A stretch of 63,848 bases of DNA, filler included, from Ministeria vibrans ATCC 50519 (Eukaryota > Protista > Filasterea), in the NCBI GenBank assembly GCA_943704425.1. It is 13 parts of 13 records of this genome, joined end to end, with 100 filler letters (N's around TTAATTAATTAA, not from the genome) between each part and the next. Parts side by side here need not be neighbours in the genome. Positions count along the whole stretch, not along the records: positions 1 to 2,677 come from CALSCP010000466.1; positions 2,778 to 5,727 come from CALSCP010002542.1; positions 5,828 to 24,433 come from CALSCP010000690.1; 10 more parts are not named here. One strand, written 5' to 3'. Position numbers and translations under genes: made by a program. Under the pieces are notes generated by a model that was not told the DNA's origin, did not search any database, and saw only the letters and a program-made list of their open reading frames with translations. Below, one piece after another: positions 1-10,789 of the stretch; position 1 is the stretch's first letter, and each line of letters opens with the position of its first letter.

Positions 1-93
<93 letters not shown>

Positions 94-220
94 TTCTCTC
101 TCTCTCTCTCTGTCTCTTTCTCTCTCTCTCTCTCCATATCACTTTGTTTTCTGTTACTTTGTCTCTCTCCCTTCTCCTCATCTCTTTATTTCTTTCTCCC
201 TCCTCTCTCTTCCTTGGTAG

Positions 221-1593
221 GCGTCTTATCAATGATACGATTCGCTGGCGATGACCCAAGTGTCCACGTCCCCAAGTGGCACCGTCGTGGCAAGGCCATC
301 TTCACCGACGTGTGTCCTCGCACGGGAGTCGCCTGTGCCTGGGTCTATCGCACCGTGGAGGGCTCGGAGAAGGAGGGTCGTGCCTTCCTGGCGGCAAATC
401 AACCGCGCACCAAGCTTCAAAAACGCATCGTCGAGGCGTCCCTTGTCCATCCGGATGCAATGAACCTTGAGTGTGGCTCGCAAGCGGGCCTCCATTCGGT
501 TCTGTCAAGCACTCTGGCTGCCGACGGCGTCAACATGCTATTTGGTCACGAGCCTCTGACGCGCATCAGCGCGGCCAACGATAGCCATGTCGGAACGGTG
601 CGCATGGAACTTGTGCTACCCCACATCCACGCCACCGCTCACTTTGCCTCAAACAGTGATATTCCGCTGCATTTCCCACAGCGCCTGCCCACGGCTGACG
701 CCGGCGTGGCCTGGTTTGAACGAGGCAAGGCAATCCGGATGGTGCCACGACCATCCGCGATTCGACAGGACGCCAACCGCGCCCTGGTGAGCACTGTCAT
801 CTCCAACTGTGCGTCGGCGGAGCGCAATGCCTTTCTGGACGCTCTTGACAGCTTGTCGGACGTGCATGTGGCGCATTACGGAGACTGTCGCCGCAACACC
901 GTCTACTACCGTCGCAACGAGATCATCCACGACATCCTTCAACACCATCTCTTCTCGTCGGCCGCCGCTCCTGCGGGCGCGCCGCTGCCGTTCCTATGCT
1001 CGCCCGATGAGCGCGTCAAGGCGTCCAATGCACCCGAACGACACGACCGTCTTCACTGTCGCTACCAGGAGTATCGCGAACGAGCCGAGCTCAAGCTGGT
1101 CCACAAGATGGACATGATCTCCCAACACCCCTTCACGCTCATCATTGAAAACACAGGCCCGGCAGACACGTCGGGCGGCGGATACGTCTCCGAAAAGCTT
1201 AGCGAGGCCCTGCTGGCGGGTGTTGTGCCCATCTATGCGGGCAATTGGGCGGCTGCCCGACACCTCGTGCCCGACGACAGCGTGGTTGTGGTGACCACTC
1301 CCGCCGAAGCGCAGCACTTTCTGCGTGTCAACGCCACCGATGCTACCTACCGCCGCATGACTGCCTGGCGTCGTCGCTTTGTCGACACGCACGATTTGTC
1401 GCTACTCAACGACTGGGCTCGCCTCTCCTCTCCCTGGGACACTCCCTGTCGCATTTGCGAGGCCATTGCCGAGCACGCCGACCAGTGGAAGCGTCGTCGT
1501 CGTGATCACGTTCTCACCTGGGACGACTCCCGCGGTTGGATCTGGCATGCCAACGTGGACGATCGATCCCCTTGTATTGTAGAAAAGAAGTAA
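221..1593 (+). CDS. Glycosyltransferase family 10 (alpha-1,3/4-fucosyltransferase-like), 5'-partial; one long terminal exon
   Basis: GT10 motif FTLIIENT...YVSEKLSEALLAGVVPIYAG, plus ISNC, HYGDC and C-terminal CRIC. Pyrimidine tract and AG at 219-220 mark an acceptor; the N-terminal TM exon is not on this contig. Confidence 0.85.
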
Positions 1594-1679
1594 ACAAATG
1601 TTTCCATACCAGAAATGAAAGAATAGAAAATGATCAAAATAGATTTTTCACTTTTAAGAATCTCAAAAGTTTTATACTC

Positions 1680-1797
1680 ATAATTTTGTATGGAATCTGG
1701 CCTTGGTTGTGTTTTCATGTGGTGTCTGTTACTGACTGATAATTTTGTATGGAATCTGGCCTTGGTTGTGTTTTCATGTGATGTGTGTTACTGACTG
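1680..1797. repeat. Two tandem 59-bp copies (ATAATTTTGTATGGAATCTGGCC...TTACTGACTG), 2 mismatches
   Basis: Direct comparison of 1680-1738 with 1739-1797. Confidence 0.95.
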
Positions 1798-2677
1798 CAT
1801 CATTAATAATTGGTTGTATTCGTCTTCTTCTTCTACTTCTTAAATCTTAATCCAGACATGATTGTAATTTGCACAGAATCCTAAATACAATAAAACATTA
1901 AAACTATTCTTATTCAATATTCCTATAATATTTTCCTATTAATTATTTCCTATTCACTATTCAGTATTCAAACTTTTTTCGCAAAAAGCTCTCTTTCCCG
2001 CTTTCTGTTCCCCGCTTTCTTCCGCTACCTTCAATCACTCTCACTTACCTGTACTTGATAGCAGTAAGCTTGAGTGGACCAGGTGAGAAACCAAACCCAA
2101 AAAAAAAAAAAAAAAACGGTCTTGGAATTTCACATTCCAAGTCAGCTCCACCCGCACACACGCTTCCCTCGCCTGATTTCACGCCACCATGCGTCTACAT
2201 ACACTCTATCAATCCACTTGGTGCGATTCACCAACCTGCTTTTCTCATCCTACGTCAATTTCTGTCTGAATGAATTCTTTTGTTAAAAGAATGTGAGAAA
2301 AATATTTCTTGCTCCTCTCGCAAACGAACGCCTTTCCAGTCTTGCCACACTCGCAATCACAGTTGAACCCCCACTACATACCCATTAGCTTGCGCACCCT
2401 CTCGCTTCGTCGCTTCCATCACTCGTCTGATCGGATTGCACTTCAAAAATGTCCAAATTCCCCAAGTTCATACCGGGCTCCTACCGCCCTCTTTGCCCTT
2501 GCCCATGACACACACGGGATCCATAGGCACCATTTCGCGCGTAATCCATCGCCAAACCACCTGTGCACTCAAATATTTCCCTCAACACCCGTTTTGTCAC
2601 GTTTCATTCACCCTTCCAATTACGTCGACACATTCATCAACAAAATCACGTATCATCCCCACCCCACCCCACCCCCA

Positions 2678-2777
2678 NNNNNNNNNNNNNNNNNNNNNNN
2701 NNNNNNNNNNNNNNNNNNNNNTTAATTAATTAANNNNNNNNNNNNNNNNNNNNNNNNNNNNNNNNNNNNNNNNNNNN
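2678..2777. other. Artificial contig linker (N44-TTAATTAATTAA-N44); also at 5728, 24434, 27641, 31992, 49850, 52925, 55407, 56860, 58186, 60135, 61819
   Basis: Identical 100-nt pattern with six-frame stop core occurs 12 times. Confidence 0.98.
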
Positions 2778-2863
<86 letters not shown>

Positions 2864-2867
2864 GCAC

Positions 2868-3371
2868 CTGTCGCATAAGCGCCTCTTTGTAGATGGCCGC
2901 ACCGCCAACGATGAAGGTGGCGCCCAGACGATCCCCGAGCGTCTCCTGGACGACGCGGAAGGCGTCATCGAGCGACGCCACCAGCGCAACGCCCACCGGA
3001 AAACCCAGATTCCCACCGCTGCTTGCATTCCGCGACATGACCACATTAAAGCGGTTCGAGAGCGGCCGGTACTTGAGCGGGATCGACTCCCATGTTCGCC
3101 GGCCCATGATCACGGCGTTTTGTTTGCCTATGATTGAGCGACCTAATCAACACTGCAAAGTGGAATCTGCACAAGGACACTCAATACCTTCGGGCGCATC
3201 GGACGTGACGTCCGTGAAGTACTTCATGTCCTTGCTACGAACGACAAGAGGGCTCGCGGTGAGAGCTGAGTGAACCTCTTAGGACTCTTACCGAATGCGC
3301 CACGGCAAGTCATTCTTGACCCCAATTCCACGCTTGGACGCACTCGCCGCTACAACACAGGCACATCTCAT
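2868..3371 (-). CDS. DHFR: Dihydrofolate reductase, 3 exons visible, 3'-partial
   Basis: Spliced product MRCACVVAASASKRGIGVKNDLPWRI..KDMKYFTDVT..KQNAVIMGRRTWESIPLKYRPLSNRFNVVMS..FIVGGAAIYKEAL. Confidence 0.95.
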
Positions 3372-3550
3372 TGGTTCTACAGGACTAACAGGAGTGAAGA
3401 AACAAAAAAGATAGGTCTCTTATCCGTCTCTAAAATTCCTATGTCAGGGACAGGTACAGAGATGAAACAGAGATCCGTCAATAATCATACATGATCGAAT
3501 AATAAATATTTTCTCAGAATTTTTCTCTCTATTCAACTTTTTTCTACATC

Positions 3551-4654
3551 ATGTCTCTTAACGCCTCTGAGGACTGGGTCTGCTACGACGCCACCATGAA
3601 GGAGCTCGCCGCCGGCAACGGCCTTGACAGCGTCAAGGAGCACCTCGCCGAAGACGAGTGCAGATTTGTCCTCTTCCGCTTTGTCGCAGGTACTCCCATC
3701 CCCTCCGTATTCGATCGCAGCGCAACCCCCCCTCTGCTCGTTCCCTCTCGATCCTTCGTTTTTTTATCTCTTTTTTCTCGTTTGTTTTGACGTCGTCCCA
3801 CTCGCTTGTTGTGCCGGCCCACTCGCCTCGCCCCCGCCGCAGTCACCAATCGGTGCATACCCCAATGCTCTGCCGCGAACCCCGATGCTCCTATCACCCG
3901 TACAACCCCAAATCGAACCGATGACGTCGCGCGTTCTTTTTTTTTTTCTTTTTTTTTCTTTTTTCACACAAAAGACAACAAACCTCAAAGCGAGTCGTTT
4001 CTGCCATTATTCCACTTAAACGCCGCACCTCCTTCGCTCGTGCGGGTGCATCAGACAATGATTGCACCAACAGCGTCGATGTAGAGGCTGCAGCACTGCT
4101 CCTTTTTTGCCTCTCTTCATTTTTTTTTCTGTTTGTTATTACTATCACACCCCTCTGTCGCGCGCACGACACCGCACCCGCATCGCACTTGTTGTTGTTG
4201 TTGTGTGACGGGCGTGCTTTCGAGCACCACCCGCCCTGGGTTGTCCCGCGTCCTGCGCCGATGGTATTTTTTATCCCGATCGCCGATGGAGTCGCCATGT
4301 TTGTTTTTGTCCCGTCTCGATTCGCACCTCTGAGCGGGCCTTTCTCGCGACTGTGCGCTGCAATTAACGTGGCATGCTGCTAAAACACAACATCTTCTGG
4401 CGTATGATCGTGCAGAGAACGTCGGCAACGCTGGCAAGGGAATCATCACCGAGGCCAACATTGTGCTGCAGTGGAAGGGACCCAACTGCTCGGGCATGAA
4501 GAAGGTCAAGGCCAACGGCGCCCTCCAGAGTGCCATTGACAAGTGCCCCGCCAACAAGGGTGTCATCGAGGTCCTCGGTCTCAAGAACCTCAACCTCAAG
4601 ACCGTCATCGACCGCTGGTCTCCGGGCTCCGGCTCCAAGTGCATCGACGACTAA
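3551..4654 (+). CDS. Small ADF-H-fold (coactosin-like) actin-binding protein, ~125 aa; exons 3551-3689 and 4416-4654
   Basis: In-frame GT-AG splice. AGNGLDSVKEHLAEDECRFVLFRF..IVLQWKGPNCSGMKKVK follows the coactosin/ADF-H pattern. Strong C-ending codon bias. Confidence 0.65.
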
Positions 4655-5187
4655 ATAATCGCACAAACAAAAACAGAAGAATTACAGTAAATACATACCT
4701 CGACTCCATTTTCTTATTCACACGCGGCGACCAAGCAACATGTTGATTTTTTCCGTTCGCGACGTCTCATAGTCCGTATTGCGCGAGACAAAAAGATATT
4801 AATTAGTATTAATATTAATTTTTTTTTTATAATTACCTCGGATTCGTTTAAGACGTAGGGACTACGGAAAAGTGAAAAGTTAAAACATTCACTTCATTGC
4901 ATATCGTTCCTCGCTAGCTGTAAAGCAGGGATTTGTCGGTGGCCAAGCCCCTTTTCGTTGGACTGTGGCGCGTAGAGTGGTGTAAGTCACGCTCGTTCGT
5001 TCGCCCCTTCCATTCGTCCGAAACCGCCCGCCGACCCCATCCTGCTCTATCATCCCCGCCGCAGCCCCGCCTCCCGCTCTACGCGTGTCCACACCCCCCC
5101 TTACGGGTTTCCCCGCGTTACCTTGCGCTCTCACTGACTCCTTTGTTCTTTTCCAGGAAGGAAGGCCCTTTGCGTCGAGAGTCTCAT

Positions 5188-5435
5188 ATGACCAAACCCA
5201 ACTCGCGCTGTCCGAAGGCGTCTTCATCCGCCGCCGCTCTCTTAGTGCTTCTCGGAGGCATTGGGTTAAGCATTTTTCTCTTCGTCGTCCTCAATAATGC
5301 CGAGAAGAGCGACCACACGCAATGTACGTTTTGTTCTCATCTCCTGAGAGATCTTTGCGATCTACACCCCTCTCGATATTCCCATTCCCTGGCGCTGCTC
5401 TCACTGTAGACCGCTCTGTACACCAGCCGTGCGGT
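5188..5435 (+). CDS. N-terminus of a type II membrane protein (Golgi enzyme-like), 3'-partial
   Basis: MTKPNSRCPKASSSAAALLVLLGGIGLSIFLFVVLNNAEK is a short basic tail plus one TM helix. 5'-UTR intron ~4982-5157 and coding intron ~5324-5409. Confidence 0.55.
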
Positions 5436-5686
5436 GTATGGTAGTCGCTCGGGTGGGTTTTTGTTCATCTATTGCCTTTTTTTTCTTCTTTTTTATGTTT
5501 TCTCTGTATTTTGGTTTTTCTCCTCTCTCTCTCTCTCACACACGCTCTCACTCTCCTACTCTCCCCCCTTTCTATCACTTTGTTTCTCCCTCCTCTCGCT
5601 TTCTCTCTCACTCTGTTTCTGTTTCTTTCTGTTTCTCTAACTCTCCCTTTCTCTCTCTTTCTCTCGCACACACACACACACACACA

Positions 5687-5727
<41 letters not shown>

Positions 5728-6199
5728 NNNNNNNNNNNNNNNNNNNNNNNNNNNNNNNNNNNNNNNNNNNNTTAATTAATTAANNNNNNNNNNNNNNNNN
5801 NNNNNNNNNNNNNNNNNNNNNNNNNNNGTGTTGCGAAAGGAACATTCGACTTTTGGAAAAAAGAGAGAGAGAGAGATTGAGAAAGAAAGAGAAAGAGAAA
5901 GAGAAAGAGAAAGAGACTCATTCTCCCGGTTATAGTGCGTCCACAGCCCAAAGGGCTTTCAAGAGAAGACGATTGCAGCAAAGCAGCATTGGGATGCGCA
6001 CGAGAGAAGAGCGTAAACACTCCAAACGTTACCTGCCGGCCGTTTGATGCCCGTTGGGGCAGGCGCGCCAACAGCGATCGGTGCGGGGTGGTCCGACATG
6101 ACAAAAGGTGCACAATTAACGAAAGGAGTACAAATTATTTAAGAGCGAAACAAACTACAATATGATCAAACCAAACATATTAATAGTATTTTTTTCACG

Positions 6200-7859
6200 A
6201 TGCCAGACGCAGCGAGCGAGGCGGTGTTTGGCTCGGCGTCCGATCTGAAGTCGGGTCATCATGAAAAAAATGCTTTGATGAGCGCGCTGCTGCCATCGAC
6301 GGCCCTGTCTCAAGTGCGCGGCGTTGCAGTGTTTATCGCAGTCGTCTCGACCATCTTTGTTGTGCCGCTCTCGATCGCGCTCGACCTTGAACTGGGCGAG
6401 TTCTCCTTTGCGCTCAGGATAGTAGACACAATTATTCTGATGGATGCCATTCTCGCGGCGTTCACGCCCGTTCAGACGAGCTCGAACGAGTGGAGTTTCA
6501 GCGGACGCGAAATCTGGCGACAGTACTCTCGAGTGTGGTTACCACTGAACATTCTCACGCTGTTTCCCGCCGCCTCCTTTCTGCCACAGTCGTACTCAAA
6601 GGTACATGCATACTGCAGTCCGGATGGGGCGATCATTCTCGCTGTGACCCTTTCCTGTGTAGATCGCGCAGGGAGTGCGCTTCTGCCGTGTGCCCCGTCT
6701 CGTCTACGACCGTGCGCTGCGTGAGAAACGCCTCAACGTGCACCACGTGTTCGCCCGCGTGACCAATCTGGTGCTTCTCTTGATTGTGTGCAACCATGTC
6801 ACAGCGTGCTCGTACATTTGGTTGTCGCGTACACTCGGCTATGCATCGTCGCCCTTCGTGCTCGAGTCCGCGCCGCATAGTGAGACGTTGCACGCTGCGT
6901 TTCACACCTACATGTTTGCATTCTATTGGGCTGCCGGCACGCTGTCCGGTGTGGGTTCCGGCGATTCCCCCACCGTATGGCACGAGGTTCTCTTCTCCCT
7001 CTTGTGCATGGTGTTGTCCTTTGCCTTCACCATGACAACCATCGGCGAACTGGGCGCCATGTTTTCCTCTGCCGAGTCTCCTGCCGCCTCGTACCGCGCC
7101 CACATGACCGCTGTCAATGCATTTGTGCGCTCCCATCGTATTCCGGCCGACCTGCAGCGGCGCATCGAGGGCTTCTACGAGCACATGTGGGAGCGTCAGA
7201 ATGCGCTTCAATCGTCCTCGCAGCTTCTTGAAGGTCTTCCGCCCACACTCCGTCGCGACGTCACCCTCCACCTCAATCGCCCCGCCATCGAAAAGATCCC
7301 TTTCTTTACGCCGTCTGTCGTGGCCCTGCCTGGCTTTTGCAACGATGTCATTGAACGACTCACGCCCGAGATATTCTGCCCTGGTTCGCTCCTGTGCGAG
7401 CGAGGCGAGCTGGGCCGTTGCATGTACCTTGTCATCGATGGTGACGTGCAGGTGGAGCTGTCGGACGGCAAGTGCTTTATCATGGGCCCTGGCAGCTTTA
7501 TTGGTGAGATTGCGTTGCTCTTGCCCGACTCGCGCCGCACCGCAACGGTGCGTAGTGTTGCGTACGCCGAAGTCTACTGCATGACCCGCGATCACTTTCT
7601 GGAACTGCTTGACATGTACCCGTCCTTGCGCCTGTCTACCGTTGAATTTGCTCGGGCGCGGCTCCAGCGTGATGGCACCGAAGTTGCGCGTGCGGCCCTC
7701 GAGTCCATCGAGCGGGAGTCGCGCGAGCGTGAAGCGCACACGAGCGACATATCCACTGCTGGCTGCGCGTGTGCCGCCCCGTTTCAAGACGATGCCTTTG
7801 TCGAGCAAATTGTGGATCGTGTCGCTCAGAGGGTTGTCGCTGAACTGCGCAAGCAGTAG
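6200..7859 (+). CDS. Cyclic-nucleotide-binding-domain cation channel (CNG/HCN/EAG superfamily); intron 6602-6662
   Basis: TM segments, S4-like RFCRVPRL, pore helix AFYWAAGTLS, C-linker LQRRIEGFYEHMW..LPPTLRRDV, CNBD GSFIGEIALL..RRTATVRS. Confidence 0.92.
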
Positions 7860-7958
7860 TAGAGTGTAATTAAATGTAAATAGTATAATCATGATAAAAT
7901 AATGGATCTGTACAACAACGGAAAATTGAAATGAAAATGTGCTGCGGGGTTTTTTTTG

Positions 7959-8963
7959 TCAGTAGTGCCACTGGCGTGCAACATAATCAGCAGTGATGGA
8001 GTCCTCAACGGCCAGACCAAGCGACTTGAACACGCGCGTCTGACCGTCCGCTGGTTGCGAAGAAGCCGTGTCGCCCACCACTTCACCAAGCTCGGCGGCC
8101 ACCGTGCATCCCGAGAGGATAATGTCGCCCGATTCGGTGTGTGCGGCGTCGCGTGAATCCACCACCACGTACGCCGACTGGAGCAGCTGGTCGTCCATCT
8201 CACGTTGGTCCGGACGGCACGCACCCACTGCACACACCACCGCCCCTGCCTTCACGTCTGCCCCAAGCACGACCGGCTCGACGGCACTGGTACACACACA
8301 GACAATGTCAGCGCCGCGCAGCGTTTCGGCGATGGTCGCACACGCACGCGCGCCAATGCTACCGGCAAAGGGTTTGGCCTTGCTCGCGCTACGACTCCAC
8401 ACGCGCACGTCGCAAAAGTCGCCAAACACAGCCCGCATTGCATGGTAGTGTGCGCGTGCCTGCACCCCCGACCCGACAATGGCAAGGCAGGGGTGTCGCG
8501 GCCCGTTCTTGCCGCTGAGATGCTTGGCTGCCACGGCCGACACAGCCGCCGTGCGCATTTCAGTGACCACATCGCCGTCGAGCAGCACGCGCGGTTCTCC
8601 CGTGGTGCTGTTGAAGAGCGCAATCACCGCAAAGTGCGTTGAGACGGGTGAGACGTTGGCACGGAAGAACGTGACAAGCTTGACGCCAAGCGACGAGCGC
8701 GGCTTGTCATACACCGGCATCACCGCCATGAAGCCGGTGTGCTCGGGAACGGCCACGACAGACCGCACAGGCTGCTCAATGTCGCCTCGAGAGAACTCCA
8801 CCAGACACGTTTCCATCAGCGCGATGACGGCCTCAAAGGAGAGCGCACTGCGCACCTCGCTGGCACACAGGAAGGGTACGCGGTTCTGTCGGCGCTGCCA
8901 CGACCACCATAGTGCAGCAGAGGTCGCGAGACCGCAAGCGAATGCCGTCAGAGCCGTTTTCAT
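7959..8963 (-). CDS. CRYM: Ornithine cyclodeaminase/mu-crystallin (ketimine reductase) family, intronless
   Basis: GVKLVT, TEMRTAAVSAVA, IVGSGVQA, VGACRPDQRE, VFKSLGLAVED motifs. Confidence 0.92.
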   Translation of the reverse strand: MKTALTAFACGLATSAALWWSWQRRQNRVPFLCASEVRSALSFEAVIALMETCLVEFSRGDIEQPVRSVVAVPEHTGFMAVMPVYDKPRSSLGVKLVTFFRANVSPVSTHFAVIALFNSTTGEPRVLLDGDVVTEMRTAAVSAVAAKHLSGKNGPRHPCLAIVGSGVQARAHYHAMRAVFGDFCDVRVWSRSASKAKPFAGSIGARACATIAETLRGADIVCVCTSAVEPVVLGADVKAGAVVCAVGACRPDQREMDDQLLQSAYVVVDSRDAAHTESGDIILSGCTVAAELGEVVGDTASSQPADGQTRVFKSLGLAVEDSITADYVARQWHY

Positions 8964-9090
8964 CTCAAAGGAGGGAAAGGAGAAACTGTAAACGATTAAC
9001 AAACGGAGTGAATAGACAGAAAAGTTCAAACTCGAACAACGAATTAGATACTTAATAGTTAATACTTATTAATATTTTGTGAATGAGGCC

Positions 9091-9967
9091 ATGAGTGCTT
9101 TGAGAAAGAGAGTGGAGTTGATCACGGGCCATGCCGTTTCAGAGTACGCATTCATTCTCTCATGAGTGAGTGTTTTCAAACGATGATCGTTGCTGTAGTT
9201 TCAACGCAGCACACAACGCCAGTTCGAATGATGAGAGCAGGTGGATGGCGTGGTGCCGGCCAGTGACGACAATCATCCAAGAGGGGCCCACGTGTGGCAT
9301 GGTGGCCCTGTGCATGGCGTGTGATGTGCTTCAGATGGATCGGTCCTGCACCTCCGTCGACCGTCTGCTGTCCACCGCGCGCTCCTTGGGTATTTCGAGG
9401 CAGGGCGAGCTATTTGACTGTGCACGCGTGGTTGAGCTTGTCCACGAACACTGTGGGAGGGCGGCGGGTGTGTCGGCGTCTGACTGCGCAGCGCCCAGTG
9501 CATCGGAAGTGGTGGATCTGCTGGCGGAAGGGAGTCTCCTCTTGATGCCGTACGACGTCGATCGGAACCACGGTCCGTGGAACGGCAATGGACATCAGGC
9601 GCACTGGGCATTAGTGATGGGAATGATGGCGAGACAGCAACAACAGCAAGAGACGCTCACAGCCAACGACAACGATCAAATCACTATTGTTGTCAACGAC
9701 ACACCACCTACACATCTACACTCGTCCCTCTGCGACCCACTCCACCTCCATGTGTTTGCCGTACAGGGCAAAAGCAAACACGTGCACCTTTGGAGGTACG
9801 ATGCATTGGTCGAGAGCAACGCCCAATTACACGAAATCAATCCGGAGCGTGCAGATCCCGACAAGTACGCACACACAAATGACTCACTTGTCGGCCTACG
9901 CAACCGGTGTGTAATTCTCAGACGCACACACGCACCCACGCGTCAAACAGAGTCATCCATAGAGTAG
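9091..9967 (+). CDS. ACTMAP: Actin maturation protease (C19orf54/UPF0692); intron 9144-9198
   Basis: IQEGPTCGMVAL, QGELF, PYDVDRNHGP, GHQAHWA, QGKSK, ESNAQL motifs; in-frame splice to the ATG at 9091. Confidence 0.88.
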
Positions 9968-10064
9968 AAAAGCTCAAAGACAAACAAAAATAAAGGGCAA
10001 CATTGTACAACGCACGGAGTGAGTGAAGTGAGAGAAGGTAGAGTGGAAGAAAACTGTCAAGGAA

Positions 10065-10479
10065 TCAGTTCGTGTCAGCTGACGTGTCGTCCCCTTCGAC
10101 GTGCTGGTGAATAACCTTCTCGGCCTGTAGCTGAAAGCGGTCAAGACGCTTGGTAAGCGTCTCAAAGGCCTCCATGGCACTCTGCTGGTCGCCCTTGGTG
10201 GATGCGGCGTAGAAGGCAGCTGCCTCATCGGGACACACAACGGTTCCAGTGCAGTAGCGCAGTGCAATGGCAGCACGCGCACACGACTCCTCGTCGGTGC
10301 ATGTCTAAGGCAAGTAGAGTGGCAGTGTGAGTGCCCCGCACAACCACAACGCATTCACACACACCCCACAAAGACGCAGGCACCATATCACAAAGACTCT
10401 CTCTCTCTATCACTTTGTTTCTTTTTCCTCTCTCTCTATCACTTTGTTTCTTTCTCCTCTCTCTATCACTTTGTTTCTT

Positions 10480-10533
<54 letters not shown>

Positions 10534-10695
10534 CTTNNNNNNNNNNNNNNNNNNNNNNNNNNNNNNNNNNNNNNNNNNNNNNNNNNNNNNNNNNNNNNNN
10601 NNNNNNNNNNNNNNNNNNNNNNNNNNNNNNNNNNNNNNNNNNNNNNNNNNNNNNNNNNNNNNNNNNNNNNNNNNNNNNNNNNNNNNNNNNNNNNN

Positions 10696-10789
<94 letters not shown>

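Noticed and set aside
2722-2733. Recurring TTAATTAATTAA palindrome as a biological motif or piggyBac site
   Set aside because: Always centred in a fixed 100-nt N block; it is a contig-joining linker.
6633-7892. Long antisense ORFs (also 17477-18301, 36528-37406, 40019-40921, 48696-49541)
   Set aside because: Shadows of GC-rich coding sequence on the opposite strand with no motifs of their own.
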